A DNA stretch of 64,000 nt, taken from Macrostomum hystrix (taxonomy: Eukaryota; Animalia; Platyhelminthes). Position 1 is the first letter of the stretch. Every line of letters begins with the position of its first letter. Below the pieces are notes generated by a model. It was not told the DNA's origin, did not search any database, and saw only the letters and a program-made list of their open reading frames with translations. The stretch is from the NCBI GenBank assembly GCA_950097015.1, contig CATNEN010000007.1, forward strand, positions 9,734,001 through 9,798,000, read 5' to 3'. This document shows positions 36,376 through 50,323 of the stretch, piece after piece. Position numbers and translations under genes: made by a program.

Positions 36376-39300
36376 GTGTTGGCCGCTCGTGTTGCTGTTC
36401 AGTGAGTCTGTCTAAAGCTGTAGGAGAGATGGCTTGCGAGAGCGCGCGGGAGGATGCTGAAACTTGTCAAGCAGCAGCAGCAGCAGTGGAACCTGCCTTT
36501 CTCAACTGTGAGCTTAGTCTGGGCTTCGGATAACGCACACAGTGTCTTATTCAGCTCGCTTCCCGAGACCGGGACTTGGAATAATTGCGGGAGAGAAAGC
36601 AAAAGCCGTTGGAGGAGGGGCTGAGCAGGAGAGGGCTGTGCCTAGCGCAGAGCCCGCAGTGGCCGGCAGCATTGTTCGACTCAAAACAGCGGGGCTGCAC
36701 GAGAAGAAAAGTAGCCACAGTTGGCAAAAAATCTATCACCCCGCTGCCCGGACTCGAGCTGCGCTGTGGGGAGGTCGCCGGGAGGTCTGTCCGCGGCGAG
36801 CTGGGGGTTGGCTGAGCCTCTCACGCCGCGCGGCTCGGGCTAAAAGCGCTAGCTTTCCACAGCGCTGGTGGCGTGGCAGACCGGCCAGCAGTTGGGAGAA
36901 TGGAGGGGCCGCTGCTCCTATGCTGAGCAACTGCGCCCTACCAGCATGTTGGTGGCGAGCCCACCACTCGCGGCTGACTCGTGCAGGTGGTTTCTCACCG
37001 AATTGATTATTTTCTGCCGTAGCCAAAAATGCGCCACCACTGGCCGTCATCGCTGCGTGGCCCGCGCCCCAGCGGCAACTGAAGTTTCTGCTTCCCCCGC
37101 GCCCAATAAAGTCTGGCAGCTGTGGGGATCGATATCCTCTTCCGAGAGCGGGGTGGACAGTTTCTGCTGTCGCTTCTCAAATATTTCGACTGGGATTATT
37201 TAGCTCATATGCAATTGACGAAACAAATTTGAAGTCTTCTGCATACTCTGCGGCAAGGGAGGGGAAGTGTTTGTCGTGACTAAGCAGAATTCGGCTGGCC
37301 CAGTCAACAGTCGCACAATAGCCCTCCGGGAAGAACTATCGCAGCTGAGGCTCCTCAGAAATACTATAGCAAAAAGGGAATGTTGACTCTTTTTGAAACT
37401 GGGTCCACGCACTGTTCTGCTCGTTATAACACCAGCGTAGCCAGTCAGCAAAATTTCATACTATGCTCGAGATGTAGGTTTGCAAACTGCTGTATATGGA
37501 ATACGGACTCAAACCCTTAAGTACCAATTTATTCGGTCAAGTTTCTGCATTAATAGGGACCTTGTGTAGAGCTAGACATAAGAAAGCTCTAACTTTCAAT
37601 TCCTAGATGTTTTACCTTTTTCGTAAGTGCTGCCGTGTTCTTCTCGTCGTGTTTTGCAACTCCAGTACCTTTTCTATAGTCTGTTTTATGAGAGGGGCAT
37701 AAAAACTGAAATTCGATCAGATTTCAAGTGTGAAATGTTACTCGTATATCGACTAGAATATCCACTTTACCATATAAATAGGAAAATCGCAGATGTAAGT
37801 TTAATTACAATGCTTTTGTAATGTAGTTTTATCTATGTAATAGAATTTAATGTAATTCAGCCTGTAATTCTGACTATAACGTTAGATCTCTAGATGGGCA
37901 CGCTATGACTAAAATGTCGAATAAATAGTGCCCTGACATTCTTAACAATAAATGATGAAGGACACGACACGACATGGCATGACAAATGGAAGCCATCAAG
38001 CATACCAAGCATGGTATGCAGTCGGTTGCAGATCTGGCCTAATTTGGGTAGGTATATATAATATTATAAATTTTTATTTACTGCTACTTTTATTTGACTA
38101 ATAAAAGTATAAAACAGAGTATAAAAATTGCTCAGAAAGCATTTAATTGTTTTCACATTCATTATTTCATAAATTTTTAATTATAAAGTGTAAGATTCAG
38201 GCCGCACACACGTTTCGATTCAGAATTAGAAGGAAAGGAAACAACTATTTTTTGCTCTATGGGATCCAGAAAGTTATTTGCCTAGCGGGCTACTTACGTA
38301 CATGCAAGTAGTGTGCCTTGTTGCATCTTTAAGAATTACTCTTTTGAGTCATTGTCCACCGATTTTGCATTTTTAAAAACTTAAACATGAGTATTTATTA
38401 CATAAAATTTCTAACAGGCCTGCGGTAAGTAGAAACAAAAGTTTTAGCCATCGAATTTTTTCATACGAAGCAAATCGTGACTCTCATCCAACTAGAAAGC
38501 CCAAAAGTCATGTGGAAGCAAGCAGGTCATTGCAAGCAAGTCATGATGGATTGAATTGAAAAAGAAAAAAATCGAGATAGCGATGCACTTGTAACTTAAC
38601 ATATTTTAACGCATTTCAGAACTTCTTCTCGTCGCCTTTAATCTTTTTACTTTAAACGAAACGAAAAGGAAAATTAATTTATATGGTGGGTACACCCACC
38701 CACCATCATATAAATAAAATTTTCGTTTGAGTATCATAAGAAACAAGTCTAATAATCAGATTTAATTAAATAAGTGACAAATTTACGAATTTTTACACAT
38801 AAAGGAATCAGTAAGATTTTTTTCTTGTAAATATGCATGACTATGTTGCTTTACTGAGACAACACTGTTCGCAGAAAAAAGGACTAATAATCCGGAAATT
38901 ATCGAGCATTGTCCAACATCTTACCTGTCTTGCATTGAGTCAATGATCGGTGAATCGGGTCCTGAGTGAGATCGCTATTTATTACTGTGTAATTTGTGTA
39001 CATAGAAACGCAGTAATTTGTCGTTTCTCTTTTTCTACACCCGTAAGGCTGAGGTATGAAAATTATGTATTTAATAAATATAAACATATTCAAGCCAATA
39101 TATATTTGGCATGTATTCGTAGAATGTGTCTGTCTGTCTAAAAAGCGTGGTTTTAAGTCTCTGTGGCATCGTACGCATAGCTCCATAGGTTAAAACATTT
39201 TGCCAGATTTTAGGCTATGGTAAATTACTGTAAATCAAAGTTATCACTAGGAATAATGTTAAACTTTAGTAATTTAGAAGTAATATTTTAAGCCAAATTA

Positions 39301-39927
39301 TAATTGGAATGCTGTAGGGGCCTTGTTGGCTAAAATGGTTTTAGACATGAAAGGTATTAGAATTTAAATCCAGTATAAATTTGAGTCAGTTAATTGACAT
39401 AATGCAATTATAGCTAAGCTATCTTAGCTAGAGGTTGACTTTACCTTACATCAATTATATATTTAGAATGGCTGGACTAGATTAGCCACACCTACCCCCT
39501 ACATAGGGGGGCTGGACTTGCCATAGAAAGGGCTGCAGCAGCTGCTTTCCTGACCAACTCTACAATGTTCACTAATTTAAAGCAAATTGCAAGCAGCAGT
39601 TAAGTAAGAAAAGCATGCATGCTGCAATTTAAAAAAATCCCAAAAGCATGCCAGACACCTTCCCCAGTTTGTCAACTTTTTCCCATAGGATTGAAAATTT
39701 ACAGAAATAGAAAAAAATCTGCTATAATAAATAACTTTTTTAAACACATTAGCTTGCTCAATTCAAACAATTTCTGGAATCCACATTGCCTATTATATGT
39801 TAGACAAATGCCATAATTGTTACTTAATAGGTGCACCTGAGTTTTAGCTTTCTAGCCAATCAGACATCTATAGCTAATCAGAAAATTCTTTTTAACTGCT
39901 AGGCCCTACTGAAGCCAGCCTGCTAGG

Positions 39928-42900
39928 ATGTCTGAGCGGATGGGCAAGATTCTGCGTACCCTCAGCTTCCGCAAGAAGAAGAAGAAGCGCAGGCAGGAGT
40001 CCAGCAAGCCGCAGCAATGGCAGGAGGATGAGAAGAAAGTACGCGAAGGTTCCTGCAGCTTTCAAGTCAAGGTTTGAGCTGTCTTGATTGATTTTGTTAA
40101 AATGTTGCTGTAACAGCACAATTGAAAATATGAGCTTGGGCCACTTGGATGGGATCAGAGATTTCAAGGTTGGTTAAGAAGAGTACTCTGATTCTGAAGG
40201 ATATGTACTTGACCTGAAGATTCTCACAGTGTCATGAAGAGTAATCTGAAGGATATGTACTTGACCTGAAGATTCTCACAGTGTCATGAAGAGTAATCTG
40301 AAGGATATGTACTTGACCTGAAGATTCTCACAGTGTCATGAAGAGTAATCTGAAGGATATGTACTTGACCTGAAGATTCTCACAGTGTCATGAAGAGTAA
40401 TCTGAAGGATATGTACTTGACCTGAAGATTCTCACAGTGTCATGAAGAGTAATCTGAAGGATATGTACTGGACCTGAAGATTCTCAGTGTCCTGTAGCTA
40501 AGGGATGAAGTTTTAACCTGAAGCTCCCACCCGCTGTGCACTGCAGTACCTCGGCTGCATGGAGGTATTCGAATCGCGCGGCATGCAAGTCTGCGAGGAG
40601 GCAATCAAGAATCTCATTAAGGTGAGTAGGCTGTTTGCCACTGGTTTCTGGCCCAGCTTAATGGCTTATGAGGCCTGCTAATTTGGCATGCGCATAATTG
40701 CAGGCCAAGAGCAAGCACCACAAGCGGGCCGTTCTCTACGTTAATGGCGAGGCGTTGCGTGTAGTGGACGAGATCAGCAAGGTGAGCAGATATGATCAAT
40801 TATCATTCGCACTGCTGATAGGATCGCATGACCTGTCGCGCTTCGCTTGTTCTTTGTGTGCCACTTTGTCTAAGCGCTTTTGAATTTTTTCACTCAACTT
40901 TCATTGCTGCAAATGCCTTTTTTGTCTTTGATCTAGACCTTGTTGGCGACTTGTGTCATTGCTTATTAGACTGCTCGCTCCCCTTGGCCTGTCCTCTCTT
41001 GGCTTCTCTTGGTCTTCTCCGCCTGTTCGTGTTTGCAAGTATATCTTCTCTCTCCACCGCACCTCACTGTCATGGACCACTTCCATCTAGATCTACACCT
41101 TAATATCGAAATCTCCGTCCATCCCCAACTTCATCTCCGCCTTCATCTCCGCCTTCATCTCCACTTTCATCTCCGCCTTCGTCTCCGCCTTCATCTCCAC
41201 TTTCATCTCCGCCTTCATCTCCACTTTCAGCTCCGCCTTCATCTCCACTTTCAGCTCCGCCTTCATCTCCACTTTCATCTCCGCCTTCGTCTCCGCCTTC
41301 ATCTCCACTTTCATCTCCGCCTTCGTCTCCGCCTTCATCTCCGCCTTCATCTCCACTCTTTTCTCCGCCTTCATCTCCACTTTCATCTCCGCCTTCATCT
41401 CCGCCTTCGTCTCCGCCTTCATCTCCACTTTCATCTCCGCCTTCGTCTCCGCCTTCGTCTCCGCCTTCATCTCCACTTTCATCTCCGCCTTCATCTCCAC
41501 TTTCAGCTCCGCCTTCATCTCCACTTTCAGCTCCGCCTTCATCTCCGCCTTCATCTCCACTTTCATCTCCGCCTTCGTCTCCGCCTTCATCTCCACTTTC
41601 ATCTCCGCCTTCATCTCCGCCTTCATCTCCACTCTTTTCTCCGCCTTCATCTCCACTTTCATCTCCGCCTTCATCTCCGCCTTCGTCTCCGCCTTCATCT
41701 CCACTTTCATCTCCGCCTTCATCTCCACTTTCATCTCCGCCTTTATCTCCACTTTCAGCTCCGCCTTCATCTCCACTTTCATCTCCGCCTTCATCTCCAC
41801 TTTCAGCTCCGCCTTCATCTCCACTTTCAGCTCCGCCTTCATCTCCGCCTTCATCTCCACTTTCATCTCCGCCTTCGTCTCCGCCTTCATCTCCACTTTC
41901 ATCTCCGCCTTCGTCTCCGCCTTCATCTCCGCCTTCATCTCCACTCTTTTCTCCGCCTTCATCTCCACTTTCATCTCCGCCTTCATCTCCGCCTTCGTCT
42001 CCGCCTTCATCTCCACTCTCATCTCCGCCTTCATCTCCACTTTCAGCTCCGCCTTCATCTCCACTTTCATCTCCGCCTTTATCTCCACTTTCAGCTCCGC
42101 CTTCATCTCCACTTTTATCTCCGCCTTTATCTCCACTTTCAGCTCCGCCTTCATCTCCACTTTCAGCTCCGCCTTCGTCTCCGCAATCATCTCAGCCTTC
42201 ATCTTCGCCTTCATCTCCGCCTTCATCTCAGCCTTCATCTCCGCCTTCATCTCAGCCTTCATCTCAGCCTTCATCTCCACTTTCATCTCCGCCTTCATCT
42301 CCGCCTTCATCTCCACTTTCATCTCCGCCTACATCTCAGCCTTCATCTCCGCCTTCATCTCCACTCTTTTCTCCGCCTTCATCTCCACTTTCATCTCCGC
42401 CTTCATCTCCGCCTTCGTCTCCGCCTTCATCTCCACTTTCATCTCCGCCTTCATCTCCACTTTCATCTCCGCCTTTATCTCCACTTTCAGCTCCGCCTTC
42501 ATCTCCACTTTCAGCTCCGCCTTCATCTCCACTTTCAGCTCCGCCTTCATCTCCACTTTCAGCTCCGCCTTCATCTCCGCCTTCATCTCCACTTTCATCT
42601 CCGCCTTCGTCTCCGCCTTCATCTCCACTTTCATCTCCGCCTTCGTCTCCGCCTTCATCTCCGCCTTCATCTCCACTCTTTTCTCCGCCTTCATCTCCAC
42701 TTTCATCTCCGCCTTCATCTCCGCCTTCGTCTCCGCCTTCATCTCCACTTTTATCTCCGCCTTTATCTCCACTTTCAGCTCCGCCTTCATCTCCACTTTC
42801 AGCTCCGCCTTCGTCTCCGCCTTCGTCTCCGCCTTCGTCTCCGCAATCATCTCAGCCTTCATCTTCGCCTTCATCTCCGCCTTCATCTCAGCCTTCATCT

Positions 42901-45568
42901 CCGCCTTCATCTCAGCCTTCATCTCAGCCTTCATCTCCACTTTCATCTCCGCCTTCATCTCCGCCTTCATCTCCACTTTCATCTCCGCCTACATCTCAGC
43001 CTTTATCTTCATCTCCACCTCTCTACTCCTTTCTCTACTCCAGAAACTCTTACATTTTCCCGTCTTCTTCAGTTGTCCTTTTCTCCTAAATCTCCTTTTT
43101 TCCCTTCTTCAATCGGAGGTGTCTATTGTCCCTGTGTCTGCTACTCGTGCTTGCAGCCGCTCAGCCACGCTTGACTCGCCCGTGTGACGGTTGAGCCTCC
43201 GTCTCGCATGCGCGCCTGCCCCTTCCTGCCTCGTCTCGCTTCCCCTTTCCCCTGCCTCTGCACCAAAGAAATTCTGTTTTATTAGTGTGCTGTGCCACAG
43301 GCCGGAGTCTCGTGAACTCTTCCAGCTGCGGAATAATCTGCTTTTGGCTTTGTCTCCTTCCTTTTTGAGCTGCCCCCGCTTCTCTGCCGGCGAAACAAAC
43401 AGAAACTGAATGGATTTGCATTTTATGCTCGGCTTGACCTGCGTGTCAGTTGGTCAGCGTGTCCCGGTGTACTTTGTCCGCTTCTGAGTGACACAAGTGC
43501 CAACCGACTCGCTATAAGAGCTGTGCTGGAGTTTTACACTTTTATTTAGAGGATTCTCTGATTGCTCTTAAACCCTTTATTACTGACATCTAACTACTTA
43601 AAGTGCAGCTTCTTTCACAGTTGTAGAAAGTGCAGCTTCTTTCACAGTTGCAGAAAGTGCAGCTTCTTTCACAGTTGCAGAAAGTGCAGCTTCTTTCACA
43701 GCTGTAGAAAGTGCAGCTTCTTTCACAGCTGTAGAAAGTGCAGCTTCTTTCACAAATTTCAAAAGTGCAGCTTCTTTCACAGTTGCAGAAAGTGCAGCTT
43801 CTTTAACAGTTGCAGAAAGTGCAGCTTCTTTTACAGTTGCAGAAATGTCATTTGAACTTCCGTGTCCCTCAGGGTCTGATCGTGGACCAGACCATCGAGA
43901 AGGTATCGTTCTGCGCGCCAGACCGCAATCACGAAAAGGGCTTCGCCTACATCTGTCGGGACGGCGCCACGAGGCGCTGGATGTGTCACGGCTTCCTGGC
44001 TGTAAAGGAGTCGGTGAGTCTATCTAGATGTTTATAGTTTTACGAATACTTATAAGCGTCAGTAGTATGCTTGGCATTTTTCTTATATCCTATTTCCCAG
44101 GGCGAGCGGCTGTCCCACGCCGTCGGCTGCGCGTTCGCCATCTGCCTAGAGAAGAAGCAGGAGCGTGAAAAGGAGTCCGTGCAGGTGCAATTCAACGACA
44201 AGGGCACCAGCTTCGAGCGCATGGGCTCCTTCCGGCAAGCCACCCTGACCGAGAAGATGCTGGACCCGCAGTGCGCCATCCTGCCGCAGCCGGTGCCCGT
44301 CACGCAGCGGCCGGAGGCGCGGCTTGACACGGCCAGCGCTGTGCCCAGGCCGCAGGCCAATCCGCAGCTGTTCGAGCGGCAGGCCTCCCTGAGGCTGTTC
44401 CCCAAGCTGGGCCAGGGTGACAACAGCCCGTTCCGCTCCAAGAACTACCAGTCCATGCGGCTGCCTGGCGAGGCACCGAGGCCCGGAACACTGCCAGCCG
44501 GCTTCGGCGGCACCACCAATGGCCTAGGTAGGTGTAGGAGTGACCAGTTCCTCAGGTTTGAGTGACCAGTTCCTCAGGTTGGAGTGACCAGTTCCTCAGG
44601 TTGGAGTGACCAGTTCCTCAGGTTGGAGTGACCAGTTCCTCAGGTTGGAGTGACCAGTTCCTCAGGTTGGAGTGACCAGTTCCTCAGGTTGGAGTGACTG
44701 ACCAGTTCCTCAGGTTGGAGTGACTGACCAGTTCCTCAGGTTGGAGTGACTGACCAGTTCCTCAGGTTGGAGTGACTGACCAGTTCCTCAGGTTGGAGTG
44801 ACCAGTTCCTCAGGTTGGAGTGACTAGTTCCTCAGTTCTGTGTGACCAGATTCTCAGGTCGGATCGTGAGCTCAAAGCATCCATCTTTACCGATCTTCCA
44901 GGCTCTGCAATTCCTGAGGAGTCCGCCTCAGTGGAGCAGCTCCACGTCGCAGCTGCCGAAAGTCCCGCTGTTGGCCGGCCACAGCTGCAGCCGCAGCCAG
45001 CCCAGCAGCAGCAGCAGCAGCTCCGGGCTCTCAGCTCAGTGGTTGAGGAGCCGCTATCTTCGACTGCAGCCGTCTCGCCGCCAGCCGCTTCGGCCGCCGT
45101 CACCTCCTTTGGCGAGGGCCGCCCAAGCAATGGCAGCAACTTGTTCGCATCTCCGCTGCAGCAGCAGTCGCCTCCTCCTCCAGTTGTCGGGAAGTCCTAC
45201 AATCGTGAGTACTGATAAAACCTACTCTATTTTTCCGCTGTCTGACTGATCAGCGAGCTGACTCTCCCTCACTCGCCTCGGCTCACCTCCTGCCAGCATT
45301 CCTTGCCACTCCGCCTGAGGCCCAGCAGCCGATGCCCTGGCCGGCGGCGCAGCAGCCCGTCTCCACAGCCGCCCCGGCTTCAGCCGCCTCCGCCGCAGTC
45401 AGCAACTCTGCCTGGCGCCAATTCGACCAATCGGATCCGTTCGACGTCACGTGGGCTGACAGGGCCGCCAAGGCGCACCAGCCGAGCTGCACAAATCCCT
45501 TCCTGCCGGCTCAGCAGCAGCCGGGCTCCGGAAATGGCAGCGGCCGGGCCTTCCGGCTGGACATGTGA
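39928..45568 (+). CDS. numb: Numb (PTB-domain endocytic adaptor), 7 exons, ~479 aa (39928-40071, 40547-40621, 40704-40781, 43873-44013, 44101-44527, 44902-45204, 45297-45568)
   Basis: [18 protein letters not shown]|[19 protein letters not shown]; [41 protein letters not shown]; [20 protein letters not shown]; RMGSFRQ; ERQASLR; C-terminal NPF, DPF and NPF motifs. Exon sum 1440 nt. Confidence 0.96.
40194..40490. repeat. 52-bp tandem repeat in numb intron 1
   Basis: CTGAAGGATATGTACTTGACCTGAAGATTCTCACAGTGTCATGAAGAGTAAT x ~5.7. Confidence 0.95.
41129..43020. repeat. 12-bp satellite (CATCTCCGCCTT / CATCTCCACTTT variants) with higher-order duplications, in numb intron 3
   Basis: Direct reading; block ~42181-42330 recurs at ~42841-42990. 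Confidence 0.96.
43600..43845. repeat. 27-bp tandem repeat (AAGTGCAGCTTCTTTCACAGTTGCAGA)
   Basis: Direct reading. Confidence 0.93.
44537..44838. repeat. 22/26-bp tandem repeat (GGAGTGAC(TGAC)CAGTTCCTCAGGTT) in numb intron 5
   Basis: Direct reading. Confidence 0.94.
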
Positions 45569-45681
45569 TGCGCCTGCACTGCGCTTTATCTCCCGACCGG
45601 GCCCACTCGCTGACCCTGGCTATCTGCGATATAGAACACACCATTGCTACTGAACTTGTTTGTATTTTGTTATTGACTTAA

Positions 45682-45967
45682 CAGTGTGACACTGTGTACA
45701 ATGGGACTAGCAGTGTGACACTGTACAATGGGACTAGCAGTGTGACACTGTACAATGGGACTAGCAGTGTGACACTGTGTACAATGGGACTAGCAGTGTG
45801 ACACTGTGTACAATGGGACTAGCAGTGTGACACTGTACAATGGGACTAGCAGTGTGACACTGTGTACAATGGGACTAGCAGTGTGACACTGTGTACAATG
45901 GGACTAGCAGTGTGACACTGTGTACAATGGGACTAGCAGTGTGACACTGTGTACAATGGGACTAGCA
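45682..45967. repeat. 27/29-bp tandem repeat (CAGTGTGACACTG(TG)TACAATGGGACTAG) just downstream of the numb stop codon
   Basis: Direct reading; each unit contains the inverted repeat CAGTGT-G-ACACTG. Confidence 0.94.
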
Positions 45968-46462
45968 AGTAGGGGTTACGCGTCTCCTGAGGTTATACTT
46001 ACAAGTGGTCCTATGTTTGCCTAACGAGTGTTTCAAATGCCACGCCTAAGCATTGCTAGGTCAGATTATTGGCATAGTAATTGTGCCATGAGCGGCTCAA
46101 ACAAGCAATATTCACAATTCGAATTGTTAGTCAAAGCAACCTTTGCACTGCTGCACCAGACTGCAATCCCTCTGTGATAGGCCAGACTATGCCTCTGCAT
46201 GCACACTTGCTCTTTATCACATGCTTTCTTGTGTGTCCATGCGCTGCCGAACCCGAGTCCTCTGTCTGTCTGGTGTCTGCTCTCAGCATCCCATGCGTTC
46301 CTCTATCTTTGTTGTGTTGCAGCCATCATTCTCTGACATTTCTTTACCTTTGTATTCTAAGCTTTTGTTTTTTAGTGATTCGCTACTAGCTTGATTATAG
46401 CTTGCTTCAGTTCGATTAAAAACAGCACAGATTGCTGTGGGACCTGCTGCCGCAGGTGAGAG

Positions 46463-47073
46463 GCCGCCATCTCCCCACAGATCCTCAGGCTGGGAGCCGC
46501 CATCTCCCCACAGATCCTCAGGCTGGGAGCCGCCATCTCCCCACAGATCCTCAGGCTAAGTGCCGCCATCTCCCCACAGATCCTCAGGCTGGGAGCCGCC
46601 ATCTCCCCACAGATCCTCAGGCTGGGAGCCGCCATCTCCCCACAGATCCTCAGGCTGGGAGCCGCCATCTCCCCACAGATCCTCAGGCTGGGAGCCGCCA
46701 TCTCCCCACAGATCCTCAGGCTGGGTGCCGCCATCTCCCCACAGATCCTCAGGCTGGGAGCCGCCATCTCCCCACAGATCCTCAGGCTGGGAGCCGCCAT
46801 CTCCCCACAGATCCTCAGGCTGGGAGCCGCCATCTCCCCACAGATCCTCAGGCTGGGAGCCGCCATCTCCCCACAGATCCTCAGGCTGGGAGCCGCCATC
46901 TCCCCACAGATCCTCAGGCTGGGAGCCGCCATCTCCCCACAGATCCTCAGGCTGGGAGCCGCCATCTCCCCACAGATCCTCAAGCTAAGTGCCGCCATCT
47001 CCCCTCAGATCCTCAGGCTAGGTGCCGCCATCTCCCTTCAGATCCTCAGGCTGGGAGCCGCCATCTCCCCTCA
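46463..47073. repeat. 33-bp minisatellite (GCCGCCATCTCCCCACAGATCCTCAGGCTGGGA)n
   Basis: Direct reading, ~18 units. Confidence 0.96.
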
Positions 47074-47761
47074 GTCTGCAATGACGGAGTTCGCAGGCAT
47101 AAGAATTTCAATTATTACGCCGGCTGTCTGACTCACCATCTGTAAGGGTCTTGTGTCTCATCGTCTATTTTTTCTTATTATTGTCTATCTCGCCTGTGAG
47201 CAGTCTATTGTTGTGACACAGGCTTCTAATACCGATCGTAGCAGTCAGTTAAGCTTGCGCTTAATGCCGTGTCCGTTGTCTTAGCATCGTCAGCTCGGTT
47301 TTAATTGCATAAACTCAGTAATTTTTACTTTTTTTAGCGCGCATTCATTTTCCTCGACCACCGCAGTTTATGCTCGCCAGTGCTTTTCGTGTTTCTAGCC
47401 GACTTGTTCCCAACAGCTGCACTGATATCGCACTTTAGCGACTTTGAAGAATAAGACTAGCCTCGCTTATTCCCCAATCAACTCACCATTTTACCTGGCA
47501 CCAATTTTAGCACCAAACAGCTCACATTATTATTTTGTTGTCTTGTGGCCGCAGAAATAGAATTTTCTTGCTTGCGTTTTTTATTTTTAGCAAAGAAATG
47601 AATTGTTTCGCTTGTCAAACCACTTTCAGCTGCTACTACTATCAGTAGGCTTAGGCGCGCTCTGGCTGCCCACTCCACTGCGTGTATTTTACCTATTTTT
47701 TTCCCTTTGCTGCTGCCGCAGGCTACGCCTGCCTACATGAGTTTGTGGCGCCGATTCTGCA

Positions 47762-49680
47762 TATCCTCAGCCTGTTTAGCTAGTCTCCCAGATCCTCAGC
47801 CTGTTTAGCTAGTCTCCCAGATCCTCAGCCTGTTTAGCTAGTCTCCCAGATCCTCAGCCTGTTTAGCTAGTCTCCCAGATCCTCAGCCTGTTTAGCTAGT
47901 CTCCCAGATCCTCAGACTGTTTAGCTAGTCTCCCAGATCCTCAGCCTGTTTAGCTAGTCTCCCAGATCCTCAGCCTGTTTAGCTAGTCTCCCAGATCCTC
48001 AGCCTGTTTAGCTAGTCTCCCAGATCCTCAGCCTGTTTAGCTAGTCTCCCAGATCCTCAGACTGTTTAGCTAGTCTCCCAGATCCTCAGCCTGTTTAGCT
48101 AGTCTCCCAGATCCTCAGCCTGTTTAGCTAGTCTCCCAGATCCTCAGCCTGTTTAGCTAGTCTCCCAGATCCTCAGCCTGTTTAGCTAGTCTCCCAGATC
48201 CTCAGACTGTTTAGCTAGTCTCCCAGATCCTCAGCCTGTTTAGCTAGTCTCCCAGATCCTCAGCCTGTTTAGCTAGTCTCCCAGATCCTCAGCCTGTTTA
48301 GCTAGTCTCCCAGATCCTCAGCCTGTTTAGCTAGTCTCCCAGATCCTCAGACTGTTTAGCTAGTCTCCCAGATCCTCAGCCTGTTTAGCTAGTCTCCCAG
48401 ATCCTCAGCCTGTTTAGCTAGTCTCCCAGATCCTCAGACTGTTTAGCTAGTCTCCCAGATCCTCAGCCTGTTTAGCTAGTCTCCCAGATCCTCAGCCTGT
48501 TTAGCTAGTCTCCCAGATCCTCAGCCTGTTTAGCTAGTCTCCCAGATCCTCAGACTGTTTAGCTAGTCTCCCAGATCCTCAGCCTGTTTAGCTAGTCTCC
48601 CAGATCCTCAGCCTGTTTAGCTAGTCTCCCAGATCCTCAGCCTGTTTAGCTAGTCTCCCAGATCCTCAGCCTGTTTAGCTAGTCTCCCAGATCCTCAGAC
48701 TGTTTAGCTAGTCTCCCAGATCCTCAGACTGTTTAGCTAGTCTCCCAGATCCTCAGACTGTTTAGCTAGTCTCCCAGATCCTCAGACTGTTTAGCTAGTC
48801 TCCCAGATCCTCAGACTGTTTAGCTAGTCTCCCAGATCCTCAGACTGTTTAGCTAGTCTCCCAGATCCTCAGACTGTTTAGCTAGTCTCCCAGATCCTCA
48901 GACTGTTTAGCTAGTCTCCCAGATCCTCAGCCTGTTTAGCTAGTCTCCCAGATCCTCAGCCTGTTTAGCTAGTCTCCCAGATCCTCAGACTGTTTAGCTA
49001 GTCTCCCAGATCCTCAGCCTGTTTAGCTAGTCTCCCAGATCCTCAGACTGTTTAGCTAGTCTCCCAGATCCTCAGACTGTTTAGCTAGTCTCCCAGATCC
49101 TCAGCCTGTTTAGCTAGTCTCCCAGATCCTCAGACTGTTTAGCTAGTCTCCCAGATCCTCAGACTGTTTAGCTAGTCTCCCAGATCCTCAGCCTGTTTAG
49201 CTAGTCTCCCAGATCCTCAGCCTGTTTAGCTAGTCTCCCAGATCCTCAGCCTGTTTAGCTAGTCTCCCAGATCCTCAGCCTGTTTAGCTAGTCTCCCAGA
49301 TCCTCAGACTGTTTAGCTAGTCTCCCAGATCCTCAGACTGTTTAGCTAGTCTCCCAGATCCTCAGCCTGTTTAGCTAGTCTCCCAGATCCTCAGCCTGTT
49401 TAGCTAGTCTCCCAGATCCTCAGACTGTTTAGCTAGTCTCCCAGATCCTCAGCCTGTTTAGCTAGTCTCCCAGATCCTCAGCCTGTTTAGCTAGTCTCCC
49501 AGATCCTCAGCCTGTTTAGCTAGTCTCCCAGATCCTCAGACTGTTTAGCTAGTCTCCCAGATCCTCAGACTGTTTAGCTAGTCTCCCAGATCCTCAGCCT
49601 GTTTAGCTAGTCTCCCAGATCCTCAGAGTGTTTAGCTAGTCTCCCAGATCCTCAGACTGTTTAGCTAGCCACCCAGATCC
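47762..49680. repeat. 29-bp minisatellite (GATCCTCAGMCTGTTTAGCTAGTCTCCCA)n, ~66 units
   Basis: Direct reading; essentially one C/A variable position. Confidence 0.98.
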
Positions 49681-50323
49681 ACACAGTGAATTCCTCATCA
49701 CAGAGTCGGCTGGATCCAGTGTGGGCCTCCTGTCTATTATAAAAATTTTATTACTGTTGTTATTATTTAGGCCTTGCCGTCGTGTCCTGCTTATTCAATT
49801 TGTCTAAATTATCACTTCATCTGTTGCTTCACTTTTTGCGAATGCAACAATTTTTTTTTTCGGCCCAGAAATAGACTATACTTTTCTCTCTACTATCATA
49901 GTAGCGTGCGCGGGTTTTCTAAATGAATAATTTTATTGAAGTTGCAATTTAGCGTGTGCCGTACGCGTCCCCCAATCTCTGTTTTGTTTTGTCCTCAGTG
50001 CAATCCAGCCTGTTTACTATTTGTTTAGGAGGGCCGCCCGCATAACTATTTGCTTGTTTATCAGATCTATAGAGGCCTGACCATAGAATATACACAAACG
50101 CTTATATTATTATTATTATTATTATTAACGCTCCGCTGCTGCCTAGCCGTTCTTTTCAGCGCAAGCGCACCAACATCTCTGACTGGCTTGCAGAGATTTC
50201 GCTTCTTTTCAAACTTGCCTTTCAAAGTTTCAAACTCTATTCAATTTTGGTGTAGGTTCCTCTGAAACCTACAGAGGAATCGTATCAGGGATCCTTCCAG
50301 AACGTCGACATTCCTATGTGAAT

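Noticed and set aside
41009-43174. 721-aa His/Leu-rich ORF and antisense (MKAE/MKVE)n ORFs
   Set aside because: Products of a 12-bp satellite inside numb intron 3; open on both strands with no unique coding flanks.
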